DNA from: a phage
DNA length: 60,068 bases
Sequence record: PZ445425.1
Direction: 5' to 3' (one strand)
Shown piece after piece: positions 29,510 through 39,079 of the stretch (the first letter of the stretch is position 1; every line of letters begins with the position of its first letter). Under the pieces are notes generated by a model. The model searched no databases, was not told where the DNA came from, and worked only from the letters and a program-made list of their open reading frames with translations. Made by a program: the position numbers and the translations under genes.

Positions 29510-30103
29510 TTATTTACAAGCTTCAAGGAACTCCCGGCGCCAAGCATCACCTTTAAACGATGCAGCACCGCGGAAAGCTTTAGTAATGGTAGAGCTTCCG
29601 CATACCTGCTTAACCCCGCGCGATTCCATGCACATATGCTTAGCATCGATGTAAACGCACACAGCTTTCGGGTCTAAATGCTCCTGGATAGCATCTGCAA
29701 TCTGGTTAGTAAGACGTTCCTGAACTTGCAGTCGACGACTAAAAGCATCCACAACGCGAGACAGCTTACTAAGCCCAACGATCTTCCCATTGGGGACATA
29801 ACCCACAACAGCACGCCCGATAATAGGAGCCATGTGATGCTCACAATGACTGTATACAGGAATATCACGGACAATGACCATTTCATCCGTACCTTCCGCA
29901 CCATCTTCAAAGGTTTTAAACAATCCAGCGATATCTACATCGTAACCGCTAAACCACGTTGCATAAGCTTTCGCTACACGCTCCGGAGTTTCCTCCAGCC
30001 CTGGGCGCAGAACCGCGCTAACTTCAATTTGGGATAGTAAAGTACGCACAGCGTTAGCAATACGGAATTGAACACCTTCACTATTAATACTATATTTAGA
30101 CAT
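29510..30103 (-). CDS. folE: GTP cyclohydrolase I
   Basis: FolE-like sequence including SHCEHHM motif; alternative ATG at 30133. Confidence 0.8.
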   Translation of the reverse strand: MSKYSINSEGVQFRIANAVRTLLSQIEVSAVLRPGLEETPERVAKAYATWFSGYDVDIAGLFKTFEDGAEGTDEMVIVRDIPVYSHCEHHMAPIIGRAVVGYVPNGKIVGLSKLSRVVDAFSRRLQVQERLTNQIADAIQEHLDPKAVCVYIDAKHMCMESRGVKQVCGSSTITKAFRGAASFKGDAWRREFLEACK

Positions 30104-30134
30104 GGTTTGCAGTTTCCTTGTTAATGTGGTCATA

Positions 30135-30671
30135 TTACAGGCTATAGTTTACGTGGCATTTCGAAGTTTCTTCGATGGTGCATTCTACAAGTTGAACACC
30201 ATGTTCGTCAAGCAGTAGCGGACCAATTACTTCAACCATATATGCAGCTAGGTTTTCCGCAGTTGGGTTGAACGGCAAAGATACCAGTGAATCGTTAAAA
30301 GCTTTAAGATCTTCATCCCCTTCACCGAAAGTAGGCCAACCGCGTTCAGATTGAGTATCCGTTTCAATACAACATTGCAGTCCGTTGATCAACATATCCT
30401 TTTCCCAATGTAGAAACTTATGATCCCAGTTATCTTCTAGCCACTGGCAGAGCGTAGCTTTAACCACACTAAAGTCAATCACGCGCCCAACGCTGTCCAG
30501 ACCGTCCTCAATCAGCTTTCCTCGTGTCACTACTTTTCCGCATCCATGCTTCGGAGCAACCTTAAAGTGAAACTTATAGTTGTGACCGTGGAGGTGGCGA
30601 CATTTGCTTTCATGACCTACAACACGATGTCCGGCGCAAATTTCATGGGAACGAATTACTGTATAGCTCAT
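30135..30671 (-). CDS. queD: 6-carboxy-tetrahydropterin synthase
   Basis: CxxxHGH zinc motif (EICAGHRVVGHESKCRHLHGH). Confidence 0.8.
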   Translation of the reverse strand: MSYTVIRSHEICAGHRVVGHESKCRHLHGHNYKFHFKVAPKHGCGKVVTRGKLIEDGLDSVGRVIDFSVVKATLCQWLEDNWDHKFLHWEKDMLINGLQCCIETDTQSERGWPTFGEGDEDLKAFNDSLVSLPFNPTAENLAAYMVEVIGPLLLDEHGVQLVECTIEETSKCHVNYSL

Positions 30672-31258
30672 TTTAATACCTCTTTAGACTGTTCAATTTC
30701 TAATGCACGCTGTGCGGATGCAATAATGTCTTTCAAATCTTCTACCAGACTTTTATGACCACGTTCGCCCGGCTGCAACGCCTTTTTAATCAAATGTTGT
30801 AAAGCTGGGTTAGTTGTTTTCCAAGCTTCCAAGACATCATACACGTCCACGATGCATTTTACAACATTGCCGTTTTGATCTTTACCATAAATAATTTTCT
30901 GATATTTATTCATGGGAATTTTAGATGGTTCGTATTTCGTAAAAACTGCACCATTAAATGTATTACTTATGCTTATTTCACTAGAAGGGTGATGATACAC
31001 TCCGGAGCGAGTATTTTCCTGGGCTTGTTTGACGTAATCATCCGCAACGATATATCGCCAGGCTATAATATCTTGAATTTTATAAGGGCTATTCTCATCC
31101 ATAGCCGAACGCCCTTCTATAGCCCAGTCCCATCCATGTAATAGATTCTTAACGTGTGTGCCGTTGCGCAAACGAACTTCAAACTTTTCATTGCGAAGAA
31201 AGATTGGCATTCCTTTCCCATCGTGCTGGTGCCAAATTTTATTAAGATTATCTTTCAT
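30668..31258 (-). CDS. hypothetical protein embedded in deazaguanine cluster
   Basis: 196-aa ORF between queD and the transporter gene; no motif recognised. Confidence 0.5.
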   Translation of the reverse strand: MKDNLNKIWHQHDGKGMPIFLRNEKFEVRLRNGTHVKNLLHGWDWAIEGRSAMDENSPYKIQDIIAWRYIVADDYVKQAQENTRSGVYHHPSSEISISNTFNGAVFTKYEPSKIPMNKYQKIIYGKDQNGNVVKCIVDVYDVLEAWKTTNPALQHLIKKALQPGERGHKSLVEDLKDIIASAQRALEIEQSKEVLK

Positions 31259-31260
31259 TT

Positions 31261-31740
31261 TTACGCTCTCGCTGTACGTGAATGAACTTCATAAACAACC
31301 CAAAGGATGGCAGATGCTGTGAACTTACTTAAGCTCATTGCCACCATCGATCCCGGATTAACAATACCTATAATACTTAAGAACACAATGGAGTCAATTG
31401 GTACAGCTACCAAAGAGCTGATAAATACACGTTGATGAAACGGCTTCTTAGTAATCGTGTATACCGCATAGTCCGCAAACTCACTAAGCGCAAAAGACGC
31501 AACGGATGCAACTACAACCGCAGGATCCCCAAATGCCCAGCTAAGGATGCAACCCACAATCATTGCAGGGATAACGCCTTTGCCAGCGTTACGCTGTGCA
31601 TAATCCCGCAGGACAAAGATAATACCTACAAAGAAAGCCATCATGGGGACTACGCCAAGAGGCGTGTTAAGCATTGGAAGGTAGGAAAAGCCCAGGTTTA
31701 CGAATGTAATTGCAGCCAGATAAGCAACGATAAATTTCAT
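31261..31740 (-). CDS. YhhQ/Vut-family membrane protein (putative queuosine-precursor transporter)
   Basis: Multi-pass membrane protein; start set to ATG 31740; assignment from context and hydropathy. Confidence 0.4.
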   Translation of the reverse strand: MKFIVAYLAAITFVNLGFSYLPMLNTPLGVVPMMAFFVGIIFVLRDYAQRNAGKGVIPAMIVGCILSWAFGDPAVVVASVASFALSEFADYAVYTITKKPFHQRVFISSLVAVPIDSIVFLSIIGIVNPGSMVAMSLSKFTASAILWVVYEVHSRTARA

Positions 31741-31860
31741 ACTTTTGTTCTCCAGTTTTAACAGCGTTATTTGCTGGTTGTTGGGTTTAAAAGCTTTAGT
31801 AGTATAGTTGGGTTCCCGCACCCTAAACAATGCGCTAGCGGTGCGGTTTTCGCGGTAAGA

Positions 31861-32583
31861 TCAAACGTGTTTGCTGTAAGCGTTATCCATAAATTCAGTG
31901 TAACCCTTAGCACGGAGTTTACACGCCGGGCATTCCCCGCAACCGTATCCCCAGTCATGTAGAGTACGACGGACGCCGTTATAGCAAGTATGGGACTGCT
32001 CAATTACTGTGGTTAAGAAGCCAACCTTATCCGCCAGCTCAAACGTTTCTGCTTTATTTAAACGCATAAGCGGGGTAACGAAATGAATATCTGTTTCATA
32101 TCCAACGTTTAACGTAGCTTCAAGCAAGTCTACAAACTGCTGGCGGCAATCTGGATAACCGCTATAGTCTGTTTCACAAACGCCCGTAACCACATACCGA
32201 GCGCCAACTTTCTGTGCGTAGGCGTGCGCGGTAGTCAGGAAAAGAGCATTACGGTTTGGCACAAAGCTTGCTGGAAGGTTGTTGTGCTGTTCGTGATGTT
32301 CGTTAACATCACCTTCGTTCCCGATTAAAGCGCTATTGCCAATCTGTTTCAAAGCAGGTAATTCAAAGACAACAAATGGGACATCGTGCTCTTTACAAAT
32401 TTGATTAGCACAAGCCAGCTCAATGTTATGACGTTGACCGTATGCAAAACCAATAGCATAGACCTTATCATAGTTATTAAGTGCAAGACCTAAACAGGTC
32501 ACGCTGTCCTGGCCGCCAGACAGGACGACAACGGCGGAGTTATGATTTTTTACAGGGAATACCAGTTTATCTAATTTATTCAT
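31861..32583 (-). CDS. queC: 7-cyano-7-deazaguanine synthase
   Basis: PP-loop SGGQDS motif and C-terminal Cys cluster; start set to ATG 32583. Confidence 0.8.
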   Translation of the reverse strand: MNKLDKLVFPVKNHNSAVVVLSGGQDSVTCLGLALNNYDKVYAIGFAYGQRHNIELACANQICKEHDVPFVVFELPALKQIGNSALIGNEGDVNEHHEQHNNLPASFVPNRNALFLTTAHAYAQKVGARYVVTGVCETDYSGYPDCRQQFVDLLEATLNVGYETDIHFVTPLMRLNKAETFELADKVGFLTTVIEQSHTCYNGVRRTLHDWGYGCGECPACKLRAKGYTEFMDNAYSKHV

Positions 32584-32584
32584 C

Positions 32585-32773
32585 TTAGAACCCTTTAAGG
32601 CTAATATTAAGATTAATGACCACTTGTTCAACTACATCATCAGATGTCATCTGACGCTTATGAATTTCAAGCTCCGAATGTATGTTCTTGGATGCAGCAC
32701 GACAGATAGCGTCATTCAGCTCGTCTTGTAAACGTTGCATCTTCTGCATAAGAACCACAGTCTCTTCATTCAT
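32585..32773 (-). CDS. hypothetical small protein
   Basis: 62-aa ORF between queC and queE. Confidence 0.35.
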   Translation of the reverse strand: MNEETVVLMQKMQRLQDELNDAICRAASKNIHSELEIHKRQMTSDDVVEQVVINLNISLKGF

Positions 32774-32978
32774 CTTCTACACCTTTAATATTACAAGGAT
32801 TAATTGTTACATTTGACATCACAATTGGATGATTGCGTGCCCCGATTGTACTAACGTGATTAATATCTAATTCTACATGCACTCCCTGCATGGTAGCGTG
32901 AGCAATTGCAGAATTAAGTTTTTCTACCAGCTCAGTGATCATTTCCTGATGCTGTTTCGCTTCTTCTAAAGTGATCAT
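32766..32978 (-). CDS. hypothetical small protein
   Basis: 70-aa ORF between queC and queE. Confidence 0.35.
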   Translation of the reverse strand: MITLEEAKQHQEMITELVEKLNSAIAHATMQGVHVELDINHVSTIGARNHPIVMSNVTINPCNIKGVEDE

Positions 32979-33685
32979 TATTCCACCCCAATATATTTGT
33001 GAACCTGAAGCTGCAACGTGTACCCGTGTTTCATACAGCTTTGGACAACCGCTTGGATGTTACTGTGGTTAAGATCTTCATCCTGCTCGTCCATTGGCTG
33101 TAAATATATCTTACCCTTGAACCCCTTCGGAGGTCTAGCGATAAATGGCGTAGCTTGATGATCTAATGCTTGAAGAGGTAAACCGTCTTCCACGTTTACA
33201 CAGCACGCTTTAAGTACATATTTAAATGCATTAGCGCGGTACAGCACAGAAGGATGAATCTTTGAAGTCTTGGGACTACATACAATCACAGGTAACTGGG
33301 AAAAGTTCTTAGGTAAAGGCATAGACCCATTCGTTTCAATCTGTACAAGATACCCGCGCGATAACAGTTGTTCAATAAACGGGTTAATTTGCTGACGGAA
33401 CGGTTCACCCCCAGTAATAACCACAAGTGAGGTGCTATTGCCTGATTCCAGCTTACGGCTTTCGATTAAACGCATGATATCAACAATGTGGTAAAGAGAA
33501 CGACCAACAGTATAATCCGTGTCGCAGCCCGGGCATTGCAGGTTACATCCAGCAAGGCGCACAAATACCGCAGGTTGACCGCAGAATGGACCTTCACCCT
33601 GAATGGTAGAGAATACCGAATGCACGTCTAAATACATATCGTTTTCTTTAGAACGAGACTCGGGAGCTTGTTGATTAATATTCAT
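32978..33685 (-). CDS. queE: 7-carboxy-7-deazaguanine synthase (radical SAM)
   Basis: CNLQCPGCDT cluster typical of QueE. Confidence 0.8.
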   Translation of the reverse strand: MNINQQAPESRSKENDMYLDVHSVFSTIQGEGPFCGQPAVFVRLAGCNLQCPGCDTDYTVGRSLYHIVDIMRLIESRKLESGNSTSLVVITGGEPFRQQINPFIEQLLSRGYLVQIETNGSMPLPKNFSQLPVIVCSPKTSKIHPSVLYRANAFKYVLKACCVNVEDGLPLQALDHQATPFIARPPKGFKGKIYLQPMDEQDEDLNHSNIQAVVQSCMKHGYTLQLQVHKYIGVE

Positions 33686-33708
33686 CTTAAATCCTCTAGT
33701 GAAAAAGA

Positions 33709-33730
33709 AAGCGCCTCATTGGGCGCCTTC
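33709..33730 (-). terminator. weak terminator-like hairpin
   Basis: gcgcc / ggcgc stem with T-rich tract on minus strand. Confidence 0.3.
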
Positions 33731-33754
33731 ATTATAACGTGATATGTTTTGATA

Positions 33755-34567
33755 TTACAAGCCGTTCAAAGCTTCCGGTACTGGCACAGGTACGCGACCA
33801 GTTACACCATTAAATTTCTTCCAGCGTGCATATTGGGTTTTAACGGTATCTTCGTTCAGACCATGCCGACCAGCCAGGTTCAGAACATAAGAGATCGGAG
33901 CAGGCTGACCCAGCGTAGCGCTAATCTGGTCCATCAGAGCCCAGGCACGACCGCAGGAAGTTTCCGGTTGTGGGCGACGAACACCGTTCTGTTCCGGCAT
34001 ACGATTAGCTTCTTTTTCTTTCTCGCGGAGCTCTTTAGCGCGTGCTTTTTCCGCTTCTTTTTCTGCCTGTTTTGCAGCACGGATCTTGTCTTTGAAGCCT
34101 TTAATAGTAGCTTCCAGACCATCCACCAGACCCTGGGCAGAAGTTACAGCACCGGACAGGTCTTCACCTTTAGACTTCTTAACGACAGCTTTCAGCTCTT
34201 TCAGAGCTTCTTTAATGGTCTTCAGGTTTGCAGATCCCTGAGTTTCTGCTTCCGTGATTTGTTCAACAGTGCTTTCGTCGGTGACGGTAGCCAAAGAGTT
34301 TTTCAGGATTTCAGCAGCGTTAGCAATCGCATTAAATTTGTTTTCCGCTTCAGTGCGGATTTCAGCTTGTTTCTTTTCAGCGGCAGCTTTTTTCTCTGCT
34401 TCTTTTTTCTCTTTTGCTACGCGTGCAGCTTCAGCGGCAGCGGCTTTCTTAGCTTCTGCATCATTCACAGTAGCTTCTTTCTTTGCAGGTTTAGCAGATT
34501 TTGCAGCGGCAGCAGCGGCAGCAGCGGCAGCGGCTTTTTTATCTTCAATGTTGCTCATTCTCTTCAC
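33755..34567 (-). CDS. Ala/Lys-rich low-complexity protein, possibly histone-H1-like DNA-binding
   Basis: 270 aa with poly-Ala and AKKA/EKK repeats plus a C-terminal globular region. Confidence 0.45.
   Translation of the reverse strand: MKRMSNIEDKKAAAAAAAAAAAKSAKPAKKEATVNDAEAKKAAAAEAARVAKEKKEAEKKAAAEKKQAEIRTEAENKFNAIANAAEILKNSLATVTDESTVEQITEAETQGSANLKTIKEALKELKAVVKKSKGEDLSGAVTSAQGLVDGLEATIKGFKDKIRAAKQAEKEAEKARAKELREKEKEANRMPEQNGVRRPQPETSCGRAWALMDQISATLGQPAPISYVLNLAGRHGLNEDTVKTQYARWKKFNGVTGRVPVPVPEALNGL
34503..34534. repeat. GCN trinucleotide repeat (encodes poly-Ala)
   Basis: gcagcggcagcagcggcagcagcggcagcggc. Confidence 0.7.
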
Positions 34568-34685
34568 TCCGAATTGTTATGGGTTCGTTTGTTACCAACG
34601 GGGTTAAATGTACCAAAGGATTTTGTGACACGCAACCCCTTATCTGAATATTTTTAAAAATATTTTTGATCGAGCTTAGAACTTA

Positions 34686-35180
34686 CTAACTCTTTGCCCC
34701 TCTGCCCGGTGTCCATGCAGCTTGCAATGCGGGTTGCTCACAAACGACCCTGGCACCGGAAATAATACCACCCTCCCGTTCAGCATCGTATTTGACACGG
34801 GCAGGTTTCCAAAGTCCTTCATCCATTGACGGAACGTATTGCCCAATTTGAGGTGAGCAAAAGCCTTGGATATCGTATTCCACACAGAATTCGGCTTGTG
34901 CGCTGATTTGGGCGTGATCCATGATTGTTTCTGGAAGTTGCGTAAAGTAATCAAACAAAATGCGCTCAACGATTTCCCGTTCATAAGGTGCCGCTCCTAA
35001 ATTTTCTGTCAAGTTAATATAAAGCATTTGAAGATCAACATCTTCAAGATCGTGTAAATCGTCTACTGGTGTTACCAGTGTTGACTCAGGGCAACAAATA
35101 ATTCCAAGTTGGTGTAGTGTCAGCCAATTGGGGTGCTTTGCCAAGAGTTCAAATTTATCTGTATCAATTAGGACGTACAT
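34686..35180 (-). CDS. hypothetical protein
   Basis: 164-aa ORF; overlapping track ORF 34676..34984 judged spurious. Confidence 0.5.
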   Translation of the reverse strand: MYVLIDTDKFELLAKHPNWLTLHQLGIICCPESTLVTPVDDLHDLEDVDLQMLYINLTENLGAAPYEREIVERILFDYFTQLPETIMDHAQISAQAEFCVEYDIQGFCSPQIGQYVPSMDEGLWKPARVKYDAEREGGIISGARVVCEQPALQAAWTPGRGAKS

Positions 35181-35201
35181 TGCAATCCCCTATAAATAAG
35201 T

Positions 35202-35224
35202 AATGCCCCAATAGTAGGGGCATT
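35202..35224 (-). terminator. terminator/attenuator after helicase gene
   Basis: aatgcccc-aatagta-ggggcatt. Confidence 0.45.
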
Positions 35225-35239
35225 AGATGTTGAAGTCAA

Positions 35240-37216
35240 TTAGAACGGAACGTAATCTGGATCATCTACTTGTACAGGATTAACCACATTGTTCACTGTT
35301 ATACCTTGCGTATTCTGCGAAACAATATCATCCCAGCTCACATCATCGTTATAGCTTGGACCTTCGGTTGTTCCATCTTGCCCGTATACTTTAACCTGAA
35401 TAGCTTCGTCGTCCTGCGGTGCTTCAAACTTACCGAAACACGTACCATCATAATCATAGTTCAATATCTCAGGCCATTTCTTATTAGTATGAACTTTGAT
35501 GTATTTCGGTGTTTTGAGCATTGCAGCAACATCAAGAGCTTCTTCAATAGTTTGTGGTAAAGGAACATGCGTCCTTTTTTTCCACCATGCAACCGCTTTA
35601 CGACCAGCCCAGTCGCCATGCAGCAAAGCTACCCATTCGCTAAATATTTTACTGCCGCAATAATAAGTCACCTTCATTGTTGGAGGTTTGGAGCTGTCAT
35701 TGCGTTTAGTGTGCTTCGCATAAGTCACATGCGTAACTTTAAAGTCTTCAACTACCGGAATGTCCTGCTTGATTAATGCTTCGGTACTTGCTGCCTTTTT
35801 AAGTTTTGTCTGGAACTTAAACTCATGACCGCAAAATCCTTCTTTAACATAATCCGTTCCACGTAGTCTGAATCCCTTCAAATATAATTGTTGAACTTGT
35901 TCCTGTGTAACGCTGTCCATAGGGATTGGTGCAAAGCCACCGCAATAGCGAGCAGATGCATGATTATACGACCCGCACACATCGCATTCTTTAACCGGAG
36001 CAGTACCAGCACCTTTTTCGCCCGGGCGCTTAGGTTTAACAGGGTCGTTAATAGGCCCCAAACGGCGCGTATTACCGCTGAAATCCAGTACAAGGCAGTT
36101 CTGCTTAGGGCTTGCTGCAATAGCTTGCAAGCGACCTTCCTGCGTGGAAAGATCAAAGCCTTCCGCGTATACCGGACGCGTACCGCGACCTAGCATCTGA
36201 ACCCATAGCACAGCCGACGCAGTGGGGCGAAGCATGATAATCAGATCAAGCATTGGATGGTCGAAACCTGTGGTTAAGACGTTGTTATTCGTCAACGCTC
36301 GAAACTCACCACGCTTGAACTTTTCAATAATTTCATCACGCTCTTTTGCATCAAGCTTTGAGTGAATACATCCGCAACTAATACCCATATCGTTCAGCAT
36401 ATCACACGCATCTTTAGCGTGTTCAATACCAGAACAAAATATAAGCCAGCTTTGACGGTCTTCACCACATTCAATGGCTTCCTCAAGTGCGCGGAGTGTT
36501 GCGTCGTCGCGGTTTACCGCACTTTGCAGCTCACTCTGGATAAACTCACCGCCTCGTTTACCTACCCCGTTGAGGTCCAGTTCCATCTTTGTACGCTTTG
36601 GCACAACCGGAAGCAGATACCCTTGCTCCAGGAACCAGTTAAAGGCTTCAGGGGTAGTTGCATCAAACGTTACTTTATCAAATAAAGCATCATCGTCTTC
36701 GTTTTCCTTAACAATTGAGCCGTAACCCAGTCGATAAGGTGTAGCGGTAAGACCGATAATTTTTAAATACGGGTTAACTTCACGCAATGCTGCAAAGAAC
36801 TTCTTATACATTGTTGCATCACGCGGACTAATAAGGTGCGCTTCATCCACAAAAATTAGATCAACCTTGCCGAACTTTTTAGGATGCTTAGCGACAGATG
36901 CAATCCCCGCAAATGTGATAAGATTATAAACTTCTTTACGCTTCAAACCTGCGCTGTAAATACCTGCTGGCGCTTCGGGCCAGACTTTCATTAATTTATC
37001 ATAGTTTTGTGCAATTAACTCTTTGACGTGAGTTAACATCATTACGCGCTGGTTTGGATACCATTTGTAAAGCAGATCGAGGAACCCCGCGATAACGAGC
37101 GATTTTCCTGTCCCTGTTGGTAACAGGATCAAAGGGTTCCCCGCGTTACCCTTTTCAGCATCAAAATAGCGGAATACGCTATAAACTGCTTCCTGTTGAT
37201 AATCGCGGAGTTGCAT
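35240..37216 (-). CDS. superfamily-2 DEAH-box DNA helicase
   Basis: Walker A LLPTGTGKS, DEAH box, motif VI QMLGRGTR, C-terminal Cys-containing region. Confidence 0.75.
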   Translation of the reverse strand: MQLRDYQQEAVYSVFRYFDAEKGNAGNPLILLPTGTGKSLVIAGFLDLLYKWYPNQRVMMLTHVKELIAQNYDKLMKVWPEAPAGIYSAGLKRKEVYNLITFAGIASVAKHPKKFGKVDLIFVDEAHLISPRDATMYKKFFAALREVNPYLKIIGLTATPYRLGYGSIVKENEDDDALFDKVTFDATTPEAFNWFLEQGYLLPVVPKRTKMELDLNGVGKRGGEFIQSELQSAVNRDDATLRALEEAIECGEDRQSWLIFCSGIEHAKDACDMLNDMGISCGCIHSKLDAKERDEIIEKFKRGEFRALTNNNVLTTGFDHPMLDLIIMLRPTASAVLWVQMLGRGTRPVYAEGFDLSTQEGRLQAIAASPKQNCLVLDFSGNTRRLGPINDPVKPKRPGEKGAGTAPVKECDVCGSYNHASARYCGGFAPIPMDSVTQEQVQQLYLKGFRLRGTDYVKEGFCGHEFKFQTKLKKAASTEALIKQDIPVVEDFKVTHVTYAKHTKRNDSSKPPTMKVTYYCGSKIFSEWVALLHGDWAGRKAVAWWKKRTHVPLPQTIEEALDVAAMLKTPKYIKVHTNKKWPEILNYDYDGTCFGKFEAPQDDEAIQVKVYGQDGTTEGPSYNDDVSWDDIVSQNTQGITVNNVVNPVQVDDPDYVPF

Positions 37217-37217
37217 A

Positions 37218-38126
37218 TCAATCTTTCCCGTAATAATTAGCTACTTGATAGTTTTGACAACCAACTTTCTGTCCTTGCGTATCCACTGCAACGGAATGGA
37301 AATTGCAATACCATGTTCCATCTTCTTTTGGTTCAAGGAATTGGCATGTGCGGCAGTTTACTTCCGGCATAGTTTTACGCCAGCATAGTGAGGAGTGATC
37401 GCACCATTTACATTCGAAGAAAGTGGAATCTTTAAATGCGCGGTCCGGAATATCTGTAGCAATAGCAATCTGCACACCACGATCAATATACATGTCCGCG
37501 GTAACAGGATCAAACGGAATAATTTCTGCGTAAACTTCATCGTCATTCTTGTTTACAGCAAGATATAACGCTGCGCCAAGACCTAGTTTTCGCATGTACA
37601 CGTTCATCTGTACATAGTGCTCAGGTTTAGCTTCTTTGACACCTTTAGCTTTCAGCTTTTTAAAAGACTTATCGTTATGCGTCTTCATTTCGGTAAGCAC
37701 AGGCATCCCAGGCTGCACGTCCGGACAACCTATAACCACACCATCGCAGGAACCGCCAAAGTGTCCGCCAGCTTCGCTAATACGGAACTGGTGTCCGTTT
37801 TCGTCCTGCTGGTAGACCTGCATACCTGCCGCGAGAAGCATAGCAATAAAACGGGCTTCTTCCAGATGTCCGCGGTTAAACAATCGAAGCTGGCGTCCGT
37901 CAAACTCTTTGCGTGTGGCCCAGCGATATCCATAGAAAAGCTTGCGTGCGCATTGCTGCCCAATAAGGGAAGCGCCTAAGTGACTGCGGTTACCGCTTTC
38001 AGGGCGATAAGCGTCTTCAATTGTGGGAATAACTACGCCAAGATACTTACGGTAAGTCCCACCCTGATCTTTTTGCACACCGTCATTGATCGCTTGAAGT
38101 GTTTTTTCTGCAATATAAATAGCCAT
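37218..38126 (-). CDS. Cas4/RecB-like PD-(D/E)XK exonuclease with Cys cluster
   Basis: Nuclease-like core (SCDGVV ... TEMK) plus C-terminal CxxC-rich segment. Confidence 0.45.
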   Translation of the reverse strand: MAIYIAEKTLQAINDGVQKDQGGTYRKYLGVVIPTIEDAYRPESGNRSHLGASLIGQQCARKLFYGYRWATRKEFDGRQLRLFNRGHLEEARFIAMLLAAGMQVYQQDENGHQFRISEAGGHFGGSCDGVVIGCPDVQPGMPVLTEMKTHNDKSFKKLKAKGVKEAKPEHYVQMNVYMRKLGLGAALYLAVNKNDDEVYAEIIPFDPVTADMYIDRGVQIAIATDIPDRAFKDSTFFECKWCDHSSLCWRKTMPEVNCRTCQFLEPKEDGTWYCNFHSVAVDTQGQKVGCQNYQVANYYGKD

Positions 38127-38145
38127 TGGAATACCTTAGAAAAAT

Positions 38146-38165
38146 AAGCCGTCTTTCGACGGCTT
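38146..38165 (-). terminator. intrinsic terminator
   Basis: aagccgtc-tttc-gacggctt with TTTTT on minus strand. Confidence 0.55.
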
Positions 38166-38191
38166 AGGGACACTACAGAGGGAGGGTTAAC

Positions 38192-39079
38192 TTACTGCTG
38201 CCACGGCGGGACTGCTGCTTGTGCCGGATGCGGTTCAGCTTGCTGCTGCGGCTGAGCTTGCTGCTGAGGTGCTGCTGCCTGGCCAGGCTGTGCTACCTGC
38301 TGCGCCCACGGCTGCTGAGCTGCTTCCGGTGCTACTGGCTGTTGTACCGGAGCTTGTTGCACTGGCTGCTGTGGTGCTGCGTTTTGAGCAGGATTATCCC
38401 ACGGCTGCGGTGCGGCATTCTGCCACGGTTGTGCTGCTGCACCCTGCTGTGGTGCTGGTTGCTGCTGCACAGGCTGCTGAACTGGCTGCTGTTGCTGCAC
38501 CGGAGCTTGCTGCTGTACAGGCGCTTGCTGTTGCTGAGCAAACGGGTTAGCTGCTGGTTGCTGTGGTGCTGCGCCCGGGAAAGCTGGCTGCTGTGCTGGC
38601 GCACCTGCACCGAACGGGTTAGCTACTGCCGCTTGAGCACCCATTGCTGGAGCACCTGCTTCTTTTTCTGCATACTTAACCGGATCGTTGATGTTAGCAT
38701 AACCGTTAGGCTCGTTGCTGTCTTCATAACCTTCCTGAGAACGAACTTTCAGACGCAGGTTCAGCGGAATGTTATGCAGTTGAGCAGGAGTATCCCAGCG
38801 AATTACGCCAACCGCATGGGAAAGCGCGCCCAGTTGTTCGTATGCGATACGCACAGTATCTTCGTTGTCGTTGATAACGTTGTAACGAGCAAAGATTTTA
38901 CGACCTTTAGCAAAACCATCAATGATGCTAAACGTTACCTGGATCGCCATACCGCCATTTTTGGTCGGTTTAAATTCAGATGCTTCAATCACTGCTTTAT
39001 ACCAACCTTTCGGCAATGCGCCGTAAGAAGGTGCTTGATAGCTGCTCGCGTCAAAGTGGAAATTAGTTGGCATAGTCAT
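38192..39079 (-). CDS. ssDNA-binding protein (DUF669-like) with Q/P/A-rich tail
   Basis: Directly downstream of a Sak4-like ATPase; C-terminal poly-Q/P low-complexity region. Confidence 0.45.
   Translation of the reverse strand: MTMPTNFHFDASSYQAPSYGALPKGWYKAVIEASEFKPTKNGGMAIQVTFSIIDGFAKGRKIFARYNVINDNEDTVRIAYEQLGALSHAVGVIRWDTPAQLHNIPLNLRLKVRSQEGYEDSNEPNGYANINDPVKYAEKEAGAPAMGAQAAVANPFGAGAPAQQPAFPGAAPQQPAANPFAQQQQAPVQQQAPVQQQQPVQQPVQQQPAPQQGAAAQPWQNAAPQPWDNPAQNAAPQQPVQQAPVQQPVAPEAAQQPWAQQVAQPGQAAAPQQQAQPQQQAEPHPAQAAVPPWQQ
38207..38580. repeat. CTG/CAG-rich low-complexity DNA
   Basis: Repeated ctgctg/gctgct units; produces a spurious antisense ORF. Confidence 0.6.

Noticed and set aside
33749-34657. 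302-aa plus-strand ORF antisense to the Ala/Lys-rich gene
   Set aside because: Same low-complexity artefact (GCN repeats read on the other strand); Phe/Ser/Cys-rich junk composition.
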